Assembly (NCBI GenBank): GCA_963662615.2
Contig: CAXXSR010000002.1
Coordinates: forward strand, 288,001-352,000
Direction of reading: 5' to 3'
DNA: 64,000 nucleotides
Source: Dehalococcoidia bacterium
GTDB lineage: Bacteria; Chloroflexota; Dehalococcoidia; Bin125
In this document: positions 1 to 10,464 of the stretch, in pieces
Layout of the letters: the number at the start of each line of letters is the position of its first letter
Position numbering within the stretch: position 1 is the first letter of the stretch
The notes under the pieces: generated by a model
Seen by the model: the letters and a program-made list of their open reading frames with translations, nothing else
What the model was told of the DNA's origin: nothing
Databases searched by the model: none
Made by a program: the position numbers and the translations under genes

Positions 1-1
1 C

Positions 2-1261
2 AACGACGCGGCGGCGCCGGCGACCGACCAGCGCGGCTTCCCCCGCCTCGGCACCAGCGACATCGGCGCGTTCGAGTCCCAGAGCACCGACCTGGACGGC
101 GATGGCTTCGATGACATCGCGGCGGGGGGGACCGATTGCGATGACACCGATGCCAGCATCTTCCCCGGCGCCACGGAGATCCCCGACGACGGCATTGACC
201 AGGACTGCGACGGCAGCGACCTCAGCATCGACGCCGACGGCGACGGGATTGCCGACGACATCGACACCGACCCGACGACCTTCTTGGACGCGTTCGACGA
301 CGGCGCCGGCAACTTCGGAACCATCACGGACCGGGACGGCCTCACCGTCACCGTGACGGATTTTCCGGGCGACGTTGTTATCATCCAGGTGGCCGGCGGC
401 GGCGGCACGGCCACGGTCAGCATCTGCGGTGCTTTCCAGTTCAACCTCACCGCCGGCGACGAGCTCGGGTTCAGCTGTAGCTCCGTCACCGTCACGGTCA
501 CGGTGGGACCGGTTGAGCTCCCTCTTCCCGACGGGGTGAGCGTCGTCTCGATTGACAGCGGCGGCATCGCGACCGTCAGCGACAACGGCGACGGCACCTA
601 CACGGTGGCCAACGAGCCCGACAGCAGCGCCGACGTCACGGTTACCGCCGACGAGACGGAGTCGGTGCTCGCTCCCGGCGAGAGCACGACGTTCGAGGTC
701 GTTGTGACCACGGTGACCTTCTCGCTGGTGGGCGGCTTCAACGCCGTCGTCTTCCCCGGCGCGCATGCCACGCCCATCGAGGAGGTGGCCGCCGCCGTTG
801 GCCCGGCGCTGGACGCCGTCTTCCAGTTCGATGAGGGCACGCAAGTATGGTTAGTCCACCGTCCCGGCGTGGCCATCCCCGGCCTGAACACGCTCCTCAG
901 CGTGAATCAAGGGGATGTCCTGTTCATGCGCGTGCCGGCGGACGCAGCTGCCACTTTGATGTGGGATGACGTGCTGGCGGCGGGGCCGGTCAATGTGGAT
1001 CTATCGCCGGGATTCACGTACGTCGGCTTCACCGGCGCGGACGGCACGACGCTCGCGGATCTCCTGGCCGGTCTCCCTGCGGGCGTCAGCGCGACGTTCC
1101 GCTACGGCGCCCAATCGCAAGGGTACGACGTCTTCCGTCCGGGCCAGCCGAGCTTCCTCAACACCTTTGACGCCGCCAACCGGCTCGACGGTCTGTTCAT
1201 TCTGAATGCGACGGACAACACGGCCACGCTGTCGTGGGAGCAGGTGGGCGCCGACGGCTGA
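2..1261 (+). CDS. Secreted/surface protein, 5'-partial (choice-of-anchor Q tail, Asp-rich Ca/Cu-binding motifs, duplicated C-terminal domain)
   Basis: Frame is open from base 2: ATDQRGFPRLGTSDIGAFE, then DLDGDG and DCDDTDASIFPGATEIPDDGIDQDCDG (MopE-like motif). It continues into ORF 284..1261. Confidence 0.8.
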   Translation, partial: NDAAAPATDQRGFPRLGTSDIGAFESQSTDLDGDGFDDIAAGGTDCDDTDASIFPGATEIPDDGIDQDCDGSDLSIDADGDGIADDIDTDPTTFLDAFDDGAGNFGTITDRDGLTVTVTDFPGDVVIIQVAGGGGTATVSICGAFQFNLTAGDELGFSCSSVTVTVTVGPVELPLPDGVSVVSIDSGGIATVSDNGDGTYTVANEPDSSADVTVTADETESVLAPGESTTFEVVVTTVTFSLVGGFNAVVFPGAHATPIEEVAAAVGPALDAVFQFDEGTQVWLVHRPGVAIPGLNTLLSVNQGDVLFMRVPADAAATLMWDDVLAAGPVNVDLSPGFTYVGFTGADGTTLADLLAGLPAGVSATFRYGAQSQGYDVFRPGQPSFLNTFDAANRLDGLFILNATDNTATLSWEQVGADG

Positions 1262-1331
1262 TCGGCGTCGCGGGCGAGGCGGGGCGCAATCCCGCAGTGG
1301 CGCCGGGGCGGCGCTGAGGAGGAGGACGACC

Positions 1332-2504
1332 GTGGTGCGCTACGCAATCTCGGCGGATTCGCACGTGGTGGAGCCGCCGGAGGTGTTCGCCGGGCTGGCG
1401 GAGCGCTTCGGGGATGAAGCGCCGCGCATGGTGCGCACGGCGGAGGCGGGCGACACGCTGGTGATCCCGGCTCGCGGCGCCACGGGCCGTCCCGCCGGAC
1501 GCGTGAGCCTGGCCGGGCAGCGGCTCGATCCTGGACGAGAGCGCGCCAGGAAAGAGGGGCACAAGCCCGCAGCCGAGGATGAGGCCGATCCCGAGGTGCA
1601 GCGGATCATCGCGGGAGGCTACGCCGACATTCGCAAGGGCATTCTTGACCCTGCCGAGCGGCCCGGCGACCAAGAGCTCGACGGCGTCAAGGCCGAGTTC
1701 CTCTACCCCACGCTCATGTTTGACGTCTTTGGGCTCGAGAACACGGAGATCATCGACGCGAGCTTCCGCAACTACAACGACTGGCTGGCAAGCTACTGCG
1801 CCGAGGCGCCCGATCGGCTCCTTGGCCTCCCATTGATTCCCCTCCAGGACCCGGAGGCGGGGGCCGCGGAGTTGGAACGCGTGATCAATCTGGGCTTTCG
1901 TGGGGGCTGCATCCCCTGCTCCGCACCGGCCACCCGTCTCTACGGCGATCCGCGCTACGACCGGATCTGGGCGATCGCTGAGGAGGCGGGATTTCCGCTG
2001 AGCCTGCACGTGGGCACCGACGCCCATGGCGGCGCCTCCCGCCCGAGCGGCAATCCCATTGGCGACTACGCGAGCGTGTTCAGCACGATCCAACGGTCGA
2101 TTGCCGATCTCATCTGCTACGGCGTGGCGCACCGCTTCCCGCGGCTGCGCTTTGTCTGCACGGAGTTCAACGCCGGTTGGATCGGGATCTGGCTGGACCG
2201 GCTGGACCAGGGCTACGAGCGGCAGTCGACGGCCGCGGCGCCCTATCTTGACCTGCTCCCCAGCGAGTACTGGGCGCGGCAGTTCTCGGCCACCTTTGAG
2301 GATGATCGGGCGGCGGTCCTGACGCGGGAGCTGGTGGGCGTGCGGAATCTGATGTGGGGGAACGACTACCCGCACCGGGATTCGACCTGGCCGCACTCCG
2401 CGCAGGTCCTGGACGAGATCTTCCGTGGCGTGCCGGACGCGGACCGCGGCGCCATGACCGTGGACAACGTCGCGACGCTCTACAGGCTGCCGCCTCCCGC
2501 CTGA
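1332..2504 (+). CDS. Amidohydrolase family protein (Amidohydro_2)
   Basis: ISADSH metal motif, LHVG, MWGNDYPH; GGAGGAGG RBS before GTG at 1332/1335. Confidence 0.9.
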   Translation: MVRYAISADSHVVEPPEVFAGLAERFGDEAPRMVRTAEAGDTLVIPARGATGRPAGRVSLAGQRLDPGRERARKEGHKPAAEDEADPEVQRIIAGGYADIRKGILDPAERPGDQELDGVKAEFLYPTLMFDVFGLENTEIIDASFRNYNDWLASYCAEAPDRLLGLPLIPLQDPEAGAAELERVINLGFRGGCIPCSAPATRLYGDPRYDRIWAIAEEAGFPLSLHVGTDAHGGASRPSGNPIGDYASVFSTIQRSIADLICYGVAHRFPRLRFVCTEFNAGWIGIWLDRLDQGYERQSTAAAPYLDLLPSEYWARQFSATFEDDRAAVLTRELVGVRNLMWGNDYPHRDSTWPHSAQVLDEIFRGVPDADRGAMTVDNVATLYRLPPPA

Positions 2505-2564
2505 CCCGGCCACGGGCTCAGCGCCGGTGCCGGCCGTGCGCCCGGTTCGACGCGGCGAGCGCCC

Positions 2565-4874
2565 TCAGCTCCTCACGACCGCGTTCTCCAACGCCTCCAA
2601 GATCGCTCCGGGGCTCATGGGCAAGGCCGTGAGACGGACGCCCGTGGCGTCATGGATGGCGTTCGCCAGGGCCGCGAGGGTGGGCACGATGGGCACTTCG
2701 CCGACACCGCGCAGGCCCAACGGATGGCGCGGGTTGGGCACCTCGATGATCACGGTCTCGATCATCGGTACGTCAAGCGCCGTGGGCATGCGATAGTCCA
2801 GCAGGCTCGCGTTGCGCAGCGTGCCCTGATCGTCGTAGGAGTACTCCTCGTTGAGCGCCCAGCCGATGGCTTGGACGGTGCCGCCCTGGAGCTGCCCTTC
2901 CACGTAGTCGGGATAGACCGAGCGCCCGGCATCCATGAAGGCCGTAAAGCGGAGGATCTCAACCTTGCCGGTCTCGGGGTCAACCTCCACATCGACGATG
3001 TTGCCGGCGAAGATAGGCCCCACGCCCAGGTTGCGATTCGTGGCCGAGCAGGTGATCGGTCCGCCGGTGCTGAGGAGTTTGCCGACGAGCTGCTTGAACG
3101 TCAGCCGCTGATCCGGGTTGGTGGCGCAGACAAAGACGCCGTCGTGGAACTCTACGTCGTCGGCCTCCGCCTCCCACAACAAGGCGGCGCGGGCCGCCAT
3201 CTGCTTCTTCACGTCCTCGGCGGCGGCGATGGCGGCGAGGCCGGTATCGAAGGTGACGCGGCTGCCGGCGGTGGCGCCCGTCCAGCCCACCGAGTCGGTA
3301 TCAACGACGATCGGCCTCACGTCCTCCACCTGGAGATGAAGCGCCTCGGCGGCGTGCATGGCGACGGAGGTCCTGGTCCCGCCGATATCAACGGCGCCGG
3401 TGATGAGGTTGATGGTGCCGTCCGCGTTGACGTTGATGGTGGCGGACGAGACGCCACCGGCGTTGAAGCGATAGCCCATCGAGACGCCGCGGCCGCGGTT
3501 GGGGCCTTCGATGGGAGCGTTGAAATGCGGGTGGGCCACCATGGCCTCTTCAAGCTCGCGACAGCCGATGCGCGGAAACTGGATGCCGTTGGCCATGCGG
3601 TCGCCCTCTTCGGCGACGTTCTTAAGCCGAAACTGCATGGGCTCGATGCCCAGTTTTTCGGCGAGCTCGTCAATGACACATTCCACGGCGTAGGCGGCTT
3701 GGGGTTGCCCGGGGGCGCGATAGGACTGCACCTTGGGCTTGTTGCAGACGACGTCGTAGCCGTCGACGAGGAAGTCGTCGATCTTGTAGGGCCCCAGGCC
3801 GCACATCGCGCCGCCGCCCACAGGCGAGCCGGGAAAGGCTCCCGCCTCGAAGGCCAAGTAGAGCTGCGCGGCCGTAATGCGGCCGTCCTTGGTGGCCCCA
3901 ATCTTGCAACGCATGTGCGTCCCGGAGGTGGGCCCGGTGGCTTCCAAGACCTCTTTGCGGGACATGATCATCTTGACGGGCCGGCCGCTCTGGCGAGACA
4001 GCACGGCGGCGACGGGGTCCAGATAGGTGATGATCTTGCCGCCAAAGCCGCCGCCGATCTCCAGAGGGACGACGGTCACCTTGGATTCGGGCAGGCCGAC
4101 CATGGCGGAGGTCAGCGAGCGAATGCCAAAGGTGGACTGGGTGCTGGTCCAGATGGTGAGGTGGCCGTCGGCCGCCCAGAAGGCGGTGGAGGCGTGGGGC
4201 TCAATGTAGCCCTGGTGGACCATGCGCGTGGTGAACTCGCGCTCGACGATGACGTGCGCCTCCCGAAAGCCGCGCTCAGGGTCCCCGCGCTGGTGCTGGA
4301 TGTGCCCGGCGACGTTGCTGCGCCGGCCGGAGTCCTCGCCGCGCTCAAACCGCTCAGCGCGGATCCGGGTGGTCATCCCGTCGTGCAGGAGGGGGGCGTC
4401 GTCCCGCATTGCGTCCTGGACGTTGAGGACGGCGGGCAGCACCTCGTAGTCCACCTCGATCAGCTCCAGCGCATCTTCAGCGATGTGGGGGCTGGTCGCC
4501 GCGACGGCCGCGACCGCGTGTCCGCTGTAGAGCACCTTTTCACGGGCGAGGACGTTCTCCGCAAGCATCCGCGCGTTCGCCTGCAGCACCGCGAAATCAA
4601 TGACTGCGTCCTCCAGGATGGGGAGATCGGCGGCGGTAATAACGGCCTTCACGCCGGGGAGGGCCTGCGCCCTGGTGGTGTCAATGGAGCGGATGCGCGC
4701 ATGGGCGTGGGGGCTGCGGAGGATCTTGCCGTGGAGCATGCCGGTTATTTGGACATCAGCGCCGTACTTGGCGCGACCGGTGACCTTGTCCAGGCCGTCG
4801 TGGCGAATGGGATTGGTGCCGATGACGTTGAACTCTGCCGTCGTTTCAGCCGCTGGTTTAACTTCAGTAGTCAT
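2565..4874 (-). CDS. Xanthine dehydrogenase/CoxL-family molybdopterin-binding subunit
   Basis: KVTGRAKYGAD, RSPHAHARI, GGGFGGK, YRAPG, GVGE motifs; no form-I CODH AYRCSFR motif. Confidence 0.9.
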   Translation of the reverse strand: MTTEVKPAAETTAEFNVIGTNPIRHDGLDKVTGRAKYGADVQITGMLHGKILRSPHAHARIRSIDTTRAQALPGVKAVITAADLPILEDAVIDFAVLQANARMLAENVLAREKVLYSGHAVAAVAATSPHIAEDALELIEVDYEVLPAVLNVQDAMRDDAPLLHDGMTTRIRAERFERGEDSGRRSNVAGHIQHQRGDPERGFREAHVIVEREFTTRMVHQGYIEPHASTAFWAADGHLTIWTSTQSTFGIRSLTSAMVGLPESKVTVVPLEIGGGFGGKIITYLDPVAAVLSRQSGRPVKMIMSRKEVLEATGPTSGTHMRCKIGATKDGRITAAQLYLAFEAGAFPGSPVGGGAMCGLGPYKIDDFLVDGYDVVCNKPKVQSYRAPGQPQAAYAVECVIDELAEKLGIEPMQFRLKNVAEEGDRMANGIQFPRIGCRELEEAMVAHPHFNAPIEGPNRGRGVSMGYRFNAGGVSSATINVNADGTINLITGAVDIGGTRTSVAMHAAEALHLQVEDVRPIVVDTDSVGWTGATAGSRVTFDTGLAAIAAAEDVKKQMAARAALLWEAEADDVEFHDGVFVCATNPDQRLTFKQLVGKLLSTGGPITCSATNRNLGVGPIFAGNIVDVEVDPETGKVEILRFTAFMDAGRSVYPDYVEGQLQGGTVQAIGWALNEEYSYDDQGTLRNASLLDYRMPTALDVPMIETVIIEVPNPRHPLGLRGVGEVPIVPTLAALANAIHDATGVRLTALPMSPGAILEALENAVVRS

Positions 4875-5091
4875 GCTGTTCTCTCCGCGCCGCCCTGACA
4901 TGGCCGCTGTGATAGGGCTCCCGCGCCGGCGCACGATGGCGCCGGATGCTCCGCCTGATAGTACCGTCCGCAGTCCTGTTCGGGGAGATCGGGTGAGCCG
5001 AGGAGGCTTGTGTCGGTGCGCCTCCTCTCCCCGCAGGGTAGCCGCCGGCGGCGGTTGCGGACCTTGCTCGTCCCGCCTATAGCCTGATGGC

Positions 5092-5559
5092 ATGGAGCAC
5101 GTTGTTGAGGTCAGGCGATCCATCCGTGCCTCGCGGGAGGCCGTTTGGGCGGCGCTGGCAGAGCTGCCGCAGTGGCACAGTTGGGACCCGTATATTGCGT
5201 CGGTGCGGCGCGTCGATGGAGGAGGCGCCGGTGCGGGCCCCCACTGGTCGCCGGGCGCTCGCTGGGTGGAACGGGTGCGACGGGGTCCGTTCCGGCCGAC
5301 GTTCCAGCTCACGGTGACGGCGGTCTGCGCCGGCGCTTCCTGTGAGTGGCAAACCCGGTACCTCTGGGTTACGGTGGTGCATCGCTGGACCGTTCAGGAC
5401 CATGCCGCCGGCTGCGAGGTCGTCAGCCGCGAGCGCTTTCAAGGGCCGGCGCCCGTCATCGGCATCGCCAAGGGGCTGTTCCGCGCGTTCGGTGTGGAGC
5501 GCATGACGCGGCGCTCGCTGGCGGCGCTGGCGGATCATGTTGAGCGGGACGACGGCTGA
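5092..5559 (+). CDS. SRPBCC/polyketide cyclase family protein
   Basis: N-terminal IRASREAVWAALAELPQWHSWDP pattern and C-terminal helix. Confidence 0.75.
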   Translation: MEHVVEVRRSIRASREAVWAALAELPQWHSWDPYIASVRRVDGGGAGAGPHWSPGARWVERVRRGPFRPTFQLTVTAVCAGASCEWQTRYLWVTVVHRWTVQDHAAGCEVVSRERFQGPAPVIGIAKGLFRAFGVERMTRRSLAALADHVERDDG

Positions 5560-5721
5560 GTGAGCGGGCGCGGTCCGCGATGATCGTGGGGCCGTCAATC
5601 ATCGCGAGGAGCCGGCCGGTGGCGGTCAACTCACCCGTCGCCGGTTCCGTGGCGGAACGAGGACGTGGGAGCGGTGGGGTCGAATCACGCCAGCCACCGC
5701 GAGACCCTGGAGGTTGAGCCA

Positions 5722-6192
5722 ATGGACGACGGTCCCGAAGTGCGTGCAGTCGGCGATTTCGAGCCCCGCGAGGTCCGGGGGAGTTGCGAGGCGGACTCGC
5801 TCCGCGTCGATCTCGAGCATGGTCACCATCGCTGGAGCCTGGATGAGCCGGCCGCAGCGGGTGGCAGCGACCAGGGTCCGACCCCCGTTGAGGCCTTCCT
5901 GGGCGGACTCCTCGCTTGCATGGTCTTGACCTACCGCATCTTAGGTCCGTACCAGAAGGTCGCCATCCACCGGATTGAAGGGCGCGTCCGCGCGACGCCG
6001 CAGCGCCACGTGAAGGAGATCGCGTTGGAGCTGGAGGTGTGGAGCCCGGCGCCGGCGGAGGAGATTGAGGCGATGCTTCCCCGCGTCAAGCGCAACTGCT
6101 ATGTCAGTGCGGTGCTGAAGCCCGAGATCGCCTTCCGCGTTGACGTGCGTGTTCGGCCATCACAGCAAGTTGAGGGTGAACAGCAGCCTTAA
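5722..6192 (+). CDS. OsmC family protein
   Basis: DEPxxxGGSDQGPTPVE..LLAC and second Cys in NCYVS; start uncertain (5665 or 5722). Confidence 0.85.
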   Translation: MDDGPEVRAVGDFEPREVRGSCEADSLRVDLEHGHHRWSLDEPAAAGGSDQGPTPVEAFLGGLLACMVLTYRILGPYQKVAIHRIEGRVRATPQRHVKEIALELEVWSPAPAEEIEAMLPRVKRNCYVSAVLKPEIAFRVDVRVRPSQQVEGEQQP

Positions 6193-6197
6193 TTCGT
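6114..6197 (+). repeat. 84-bp direct repeat, copy 1 (3' end of osmC-like gene)
   Basis: 78/84 identical to 11513-11596 by manual alignment. Confidence 0.9.
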
Positions 6198-6390
6198 CCC
6201 CGCGCGCGGGGACGGACTTGCCAACATGGAGGCCGCCCGCCGCGCGGCAGAGCAACCAGGATTGGCGCACATTGGCGTCCTGCAGGGACGAATCAGGCGG
6301 ATACGATCCGCGTCGGATCGCCGGCAGGTGGCGGCGTTCCGCTACAATGGGCGTCGTGACAGGGATGATCCCGGAGGAGGGAGCACGCGC

Positions 6391-7311
6391 GTGCTGCACA
6401 CCGTCTTGTTGGCTGAGCCGCGGGGCTACTGCGCCGGCGTTGTGCGCGCCATTGAAGCGCTCGATGGCATCCTGACGCGAGAGCCGCCGCCCGTGTACGT
6501 CTTCCACGAAATCGTGCACAACCGCTATGTCGTGGAAGGCTTCGAACGGCGCGGGGCACGATTCGTGGACTCCCTGGAGCAGGTGCCCGAGGCCGCGCTG
6601 GTGGTTATCAGCGCGCACGGCATCTCGCCGCGCGCGTTGGCCACGGCGCGCCAGCGACGACTCCGCGTGATTGACGCGACCTGCCCGCTCGTCACGCGCG
6701 TCCACCTGGAATCGACCAAAGCAGCCAAGGATGGCTATCACATCCTGCTCGTCGGCCACGAGGGACACGACGAGGTTGCGGGGACGAAGGGCGTGGCGCC
6801 CGAGGTGACGACAGTCGTGGACACGCCGGGGGACGTGGCCGGATTAGCCGCGAGCACCGCGCCCGTCTTCGTGGTGACGCAGACGACGCTCTCGGTCGAG
6901 GACACGGCGGAAACCGTGGCGGCGATTCGGCAGCGATTCGGTGACGCCGAGATCCGCAACGACATCTGCTACGCCACGACCAACCGGCAAGCGGCGGTTC
7001 GGGCGATCGCGAAGCGGGCCGGGCTGGTGATCGTCGTCGGCTCGAAAAACTCGAGTAACACCGTCCGGCTCGTCGAGGTGGCGCGCCGCAGTGGGACCAC
7101 GGCGTTCCGCGTCGATGGGATTAATGACATCGATCCTGCGTGGTACGAGGGCGTAGAGATCGTGGGGCTCACGTCCGGCGCCTCCGCCCCGGAGGCGTTG
7201 CTCGAGCCAATCATCGAAGACCTGCGACGGCGCGGAGCCACGAATATTGAGCCGGTCATCGTCGCGGAGGAGTCCATCGAGTTCAACCCGGCCGAGGAAC
7301 TCAAGATCTAA
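6391..7311 (+). CDS. ispH: 4-hydroxy-3-methylbut-2-enyl diphosphate reductase
   Basis: PRGYCAGV, EIVHN, DATCPLV, ICYATTNRQ, SSN, SGASAPE; GGAGGAGG RBS. Confidence 0.95.
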   Translation: MLHTVLLAEPRGYCAGVVRAIEALDGILTREPPPVYVFHEIVHNRYVVEGFERRGARFVDSLEQVPEAALVVISAHGISPRALATARQRRLRVIDATCPLVTRVHLESTKAAKDGYHILLVGHEGHDEVAGTKGVAPEVTTVVDTPGDVAGLAASTAPVFVVTQTTLSVEDTAETVAAIRQRFGDAEIRNDICYATTNRQAAVRAIAKRAGLVIVVGSKNSSNTVRLVEVARRSGTTAFRVDGINDIDPAWYEGVEIVGLTSGASAPEALLEPIIEDLRRRGATNIEPVIVAEESIEFNPAEELKI

Positions 7312-7656
7312 GGGTCGCGGTGGTACCCGTGCTTCTGGGCTACCTCCGCGTCCACCTTCCCCAGTGGATGTGCCACCGAGCCGTGGGAATTCGATGCGGC
7401 CGCGCCGGGCAGACAGGCTCGACTCCCGCTGCGCAGCCAACAGCGGCGCAGAACCTGCAGGTGGCCCGTCCCAGGGCGGCGACGGCGACGGCAGCATGCG
7501 GACTTGGTCGGTGCGCATCCCGGGCTCCTGCCGGTGATGCTCGCGAGTCGAGGCGCGGCGAACTGGGCCGGAAGGTAGCGCCAGCTCCAAGCCATGCGTT
7601 ATCCTCGCCGCGCTGCGTAACTTGGCACGCCTGCGGCTGCTCTGTGAGGGACCGCC

Positions 7657-8844
7657 ATGAAGGTGATTGAGGTCGAGACGTTCGTCGTGGACGGGGGACG
7701 GCGCCCCTGGTTCTACAGCGCCGTCCGCACCGACGAGGGGCTGACCGGCTACGGCGAGTTCGGCTCCTGGGAGTTCCCTCGCGGCCTCCCCGCGCTCGTG
7801 CAAGACCTCGCCGAGTTCGTGATCGGGCGCGATCCAACCGCTGTCGATAAGATCTGGCTCGACATGTACCGGGCGACGCGCCAGGCCCCCTACGGGGCGA
7901 CGACGATGGCGATGGCCGGCATTGAGCTGGCGCTGTGGGACCTGAAGGGCAAGAGCTTGGGCGTCCCCGTCCATCAGCTGCTGGGCGGGCCGTTCCGCGA
8001 GCGGCAGCGTGTGTACTGGTCGCACTTGGGGTCGTACCGGGCGGCGAACCCGGAACTGTACGGCGCGAAGCCGTTGCGCAGCATGGCGGACCTCGCCGCG
8101 TGTGCCGTGGAGGCCGTGGAGGCCGGCTACACGGCGTTCAAGACGAACCTCATCTTCCCCGGCGAGCCGGCGCGCCTGATCAGCCAGGGGTTCCTGGGGC
8201 CCGAGCACGACCAGGAGCTCTCGACGGAGCTGATCCGCCATGCGGTGACGCAGATCGGCGCGATGCGCGACGCCGTCGGCCCCGAGATCGACATCTGCCT
8301 CGACATCAACTTCAACTTCAAGCCGCAGGCCGCGATCCCGCTGGCTCGCGCGCTGGAGCCGTTCGGCCTCTACTGGCTCGAGATCGATAGCCAAGATCCG
8401 CACGCGCTGGCGCAGCTGCGGGCCTCGACGCCGACGCCCATCTGTAGCGGCGAGCAGCTCGAGACGGTGCGCCAGTACCGACCCTACTTCGAGCTGCACG
8501 CGATGGACACCGTGAAGGTAGACGTCCAGTACCAGGGCTTTATGGCGGCGAAGCGGGTGGCGGACCTGGCGGAGCTGTACGAGCTGAACATCGCACCGCA
8601 CAACTTTAACGGCCATCTCGCCACGTATCAGAGTCTGAACCTCACGGCGGCGGCGTCGAACGTGCGCATCATGGAGGCCGACCACGACGCCGCCCCCTGG
8701 CGCGATGAGCTGGTCTCGGCGCCTCCCACCGTCGAGGGCGGCTACATCGCCATTCCGACGGCCCCCGGCTGGGGCACCGACCTCAACGAGGAGATCGCCC
8801 GACGCCACGCCTGGGGCGGACAGTCAGGCCACTGGAATCGATAG
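7657..8844 (+). CDS. Mandelate racemase/muconate lactonizing enzyme family (galactonate dehydratase-like)
   Basis: GLTGYGE, ALWDLKGK..GVPV..LLGG, D/E/E metal ligands, APHN, PGWG. Confidence 0.9.
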   Translation: MKVIEVETFVVDGGRRPWFYSAVRTDEGLTGYGEFGSWEFPRGLPALVQDLAEFVIGRDPTAVDKIWLDMYRATRQAPYGATTMAMAGIELALWDLKGKSLGVPVHQLLGGPFRERQRVYWSHLGSYRAANPELYGAKPLRSMADLAACAVEAVEAGYTAFKTNLIFPGEPARLISQGFLGPEHDQELSTELIRHAVTQIGAMRDAVGPEIDICLDINFNFKPQAAIPLARALEPFGLYWLEIDSQDPHALAQLRASTPTPICSGEQLETVRQYRPYFELHAMDTVKVDVQYQGFMAAKRVADLAELYELNIAPHNFNGHLATYQSLNLTAAASNVRIMEADHDAAPWRDELVSAPPTVEGGYIAIPTAPGWGTDLNEEIARRHAWGGQSGHWNR

Positions 8845-9113
8845 CGTTTCCAAGCGGCCGCGATCCTGCGAGCACACCTCTGAAGTCGCCGCCGTGCGGT
8901 TCGCCCGGTGCGCGATGCCGGCATCGACGCTCATTCTGCTCCAGCGTCGTCATGCAGACGGCTGAAGTTCGATTCGCAGGCACGCGTCGCCGTCACGATG
9001 ACCCGATCGTGCAACTTTCTCCCGCTCCTTCGCGTGAAGAAGTGCGAGAGGCGCTACGGGGGCGCACCGTTCTCTTCCGGGACGTGGCCGGCCGCCTGCT
9101 GCGGGGGTCGGTC

Positions 9114-9989
9114 CTAGCCCTGGCGCACGAATTTATCCACGCCACCCAGGTCGTTCAGTCCCACGTAGATATCGCCGCGCGAGTCGACCCAGCTGCCATG
9201 GCCACCACGGCAGGCAAAGCGGGCCTGCACCTCGCCTGCGGTGGTGAGGACGGAGAGGCGCGGCCCCGAGCCCTCCACCGGGCCCTCGCTGACGTACAAG
9301 AGCCCTTCGGCGTCCACGGAGATGTCCATCGGCCGCTGGATGTCCGTCCAGGTCGTGAGATGTTGCCCGTCCCTGCCAAAGAGCTGCAGGCGGTGATTCT
9401 CTCGGTCGCACACATAGACGCGGCCGTCATGCACCAGCAGGCTGTGGGGCAGGTGGAACTGGTTGGGGCCACTCTTCCCGGGCTCGCCCCAGGAGAGCTT
9501 CAGTTCGCCGGCAGGCGAGAAGCGGTGCACGCGCGCGTTGCGATAGCCGTCGGCGACATAGAGGTCGCCCGCGGGGTCAACCACCAGTTCGGCGGGGTAG
9601 TTAAACGGCCCCGCCGCTCTAGGCACCAGCTCTCCCGGTTGCTCACACCCCGTGTCCGAGTGCACGCCATGGCGGCCCAGCATCTGAATGGGCTTGCCAT
9701 CGAGGGTGAACAGGAGACACACGGAGCTGTCGCGATCCGTCAGATAGACGACGTCGTTCGTGATCGAGATGGTATGGGCGAAGAGGAAGGCCCCGTTCCC
9801 CCAGGAGCTGACGTAGGTGCCTTCCGAGTCGAAAATCACGATCGGCGGGCCTTTGCGCTGGAACGCGTAGACCCGGTCTTGGGAGTCGGTGGCCACGGCG
9901 CTGACAAAGCCGAAGGTCTCGCCCGGGGGGAGCTTGGCCCAGTCCTGAATCAGAACGTAGGTATATTTACCGGCGCCCACTGTCGTCAT
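9114..9989 (-). CDS. NHL-repeat beta-propeller (peptidyl-alpha-hydroxyglycine lyase-like)
   Basis: FNYP, YVADGYRNARVH, FHLPH, VCDRENHRLQ repeats. Confidence 0.85.
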   Translation of the reverse strand: MTTVGAGKYTYVLIQDWAKLPPGETFGFVSAVATDSQDRVYAFQRKGPPIVIFDSEGTYVSSWGNGAFLFAHTISITNDVVYLTDRDSSVCLLFTLDGKPIQMLGRHGVHSDTGCEQPGELVPRAAGPFNYPAELVVDPAGDLYVADGYRNARVHRFSPAGELKLSWGEPGKSGPNQFHLPHSLLVHDGRVYVCDRENHRLQLFGRDGQHLTTWTDIQRPMDISVDAEGLLYVSEGPVEGSGPRLSVLTTAGEVQARFACRGGHGSWVDSRGDIYVGLNDLGGVDKFVRQG

Positions 9990-10464
9990 GGGAGTGCCCT
10001 CCTATCTACGGCCCCCTCCCGCGGGCGGCCCGCTTCAGGCAAGGTAACGCCTCTCCGCCCGCGAACCCAACGCACCAGCTGAGGTGCTGCCGATTCTTTT
10101 TGTCCTGCGCGATGTTCCCCTGACCGTACTCGCGCGACTCCTCCAGTGTCAGCGACGCCCCCTCGCGCTGTCGCACTCACGCGCAGAGCACTGCGCCCAG
10201 ACGGCGCCGCTCCGCCGCGGAAGGCCGCTGGGTTTCGCTCTGACCAGGTCGGAGCGCTGCACGGACGCGAGCGTCGCGCGCGCTCGGGGTGTGGCGCCCT
10301 CGCGCGGGGACGAGCGCTACGCGCTACAGCGGCCGCCATCCGTGCCATGACGTTCGGCGAGCCTCGGAGGCCTCTCGGCGATCACCGCTTCGGAATCACG
10401 CGAGTTCGATGTCGTTGGCGTTCTCAGGGACGTTTCGTAGCGTCAGTGGGACAGGGGCGCGGCA

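Noticed and set aside
2565-4874. Aerobic CO dehydrogenase (form I coxL)
   Set aside because: Active-site loop is SYRAPG rather than AYRCSFR, and there is no coxM/coxS alongside.
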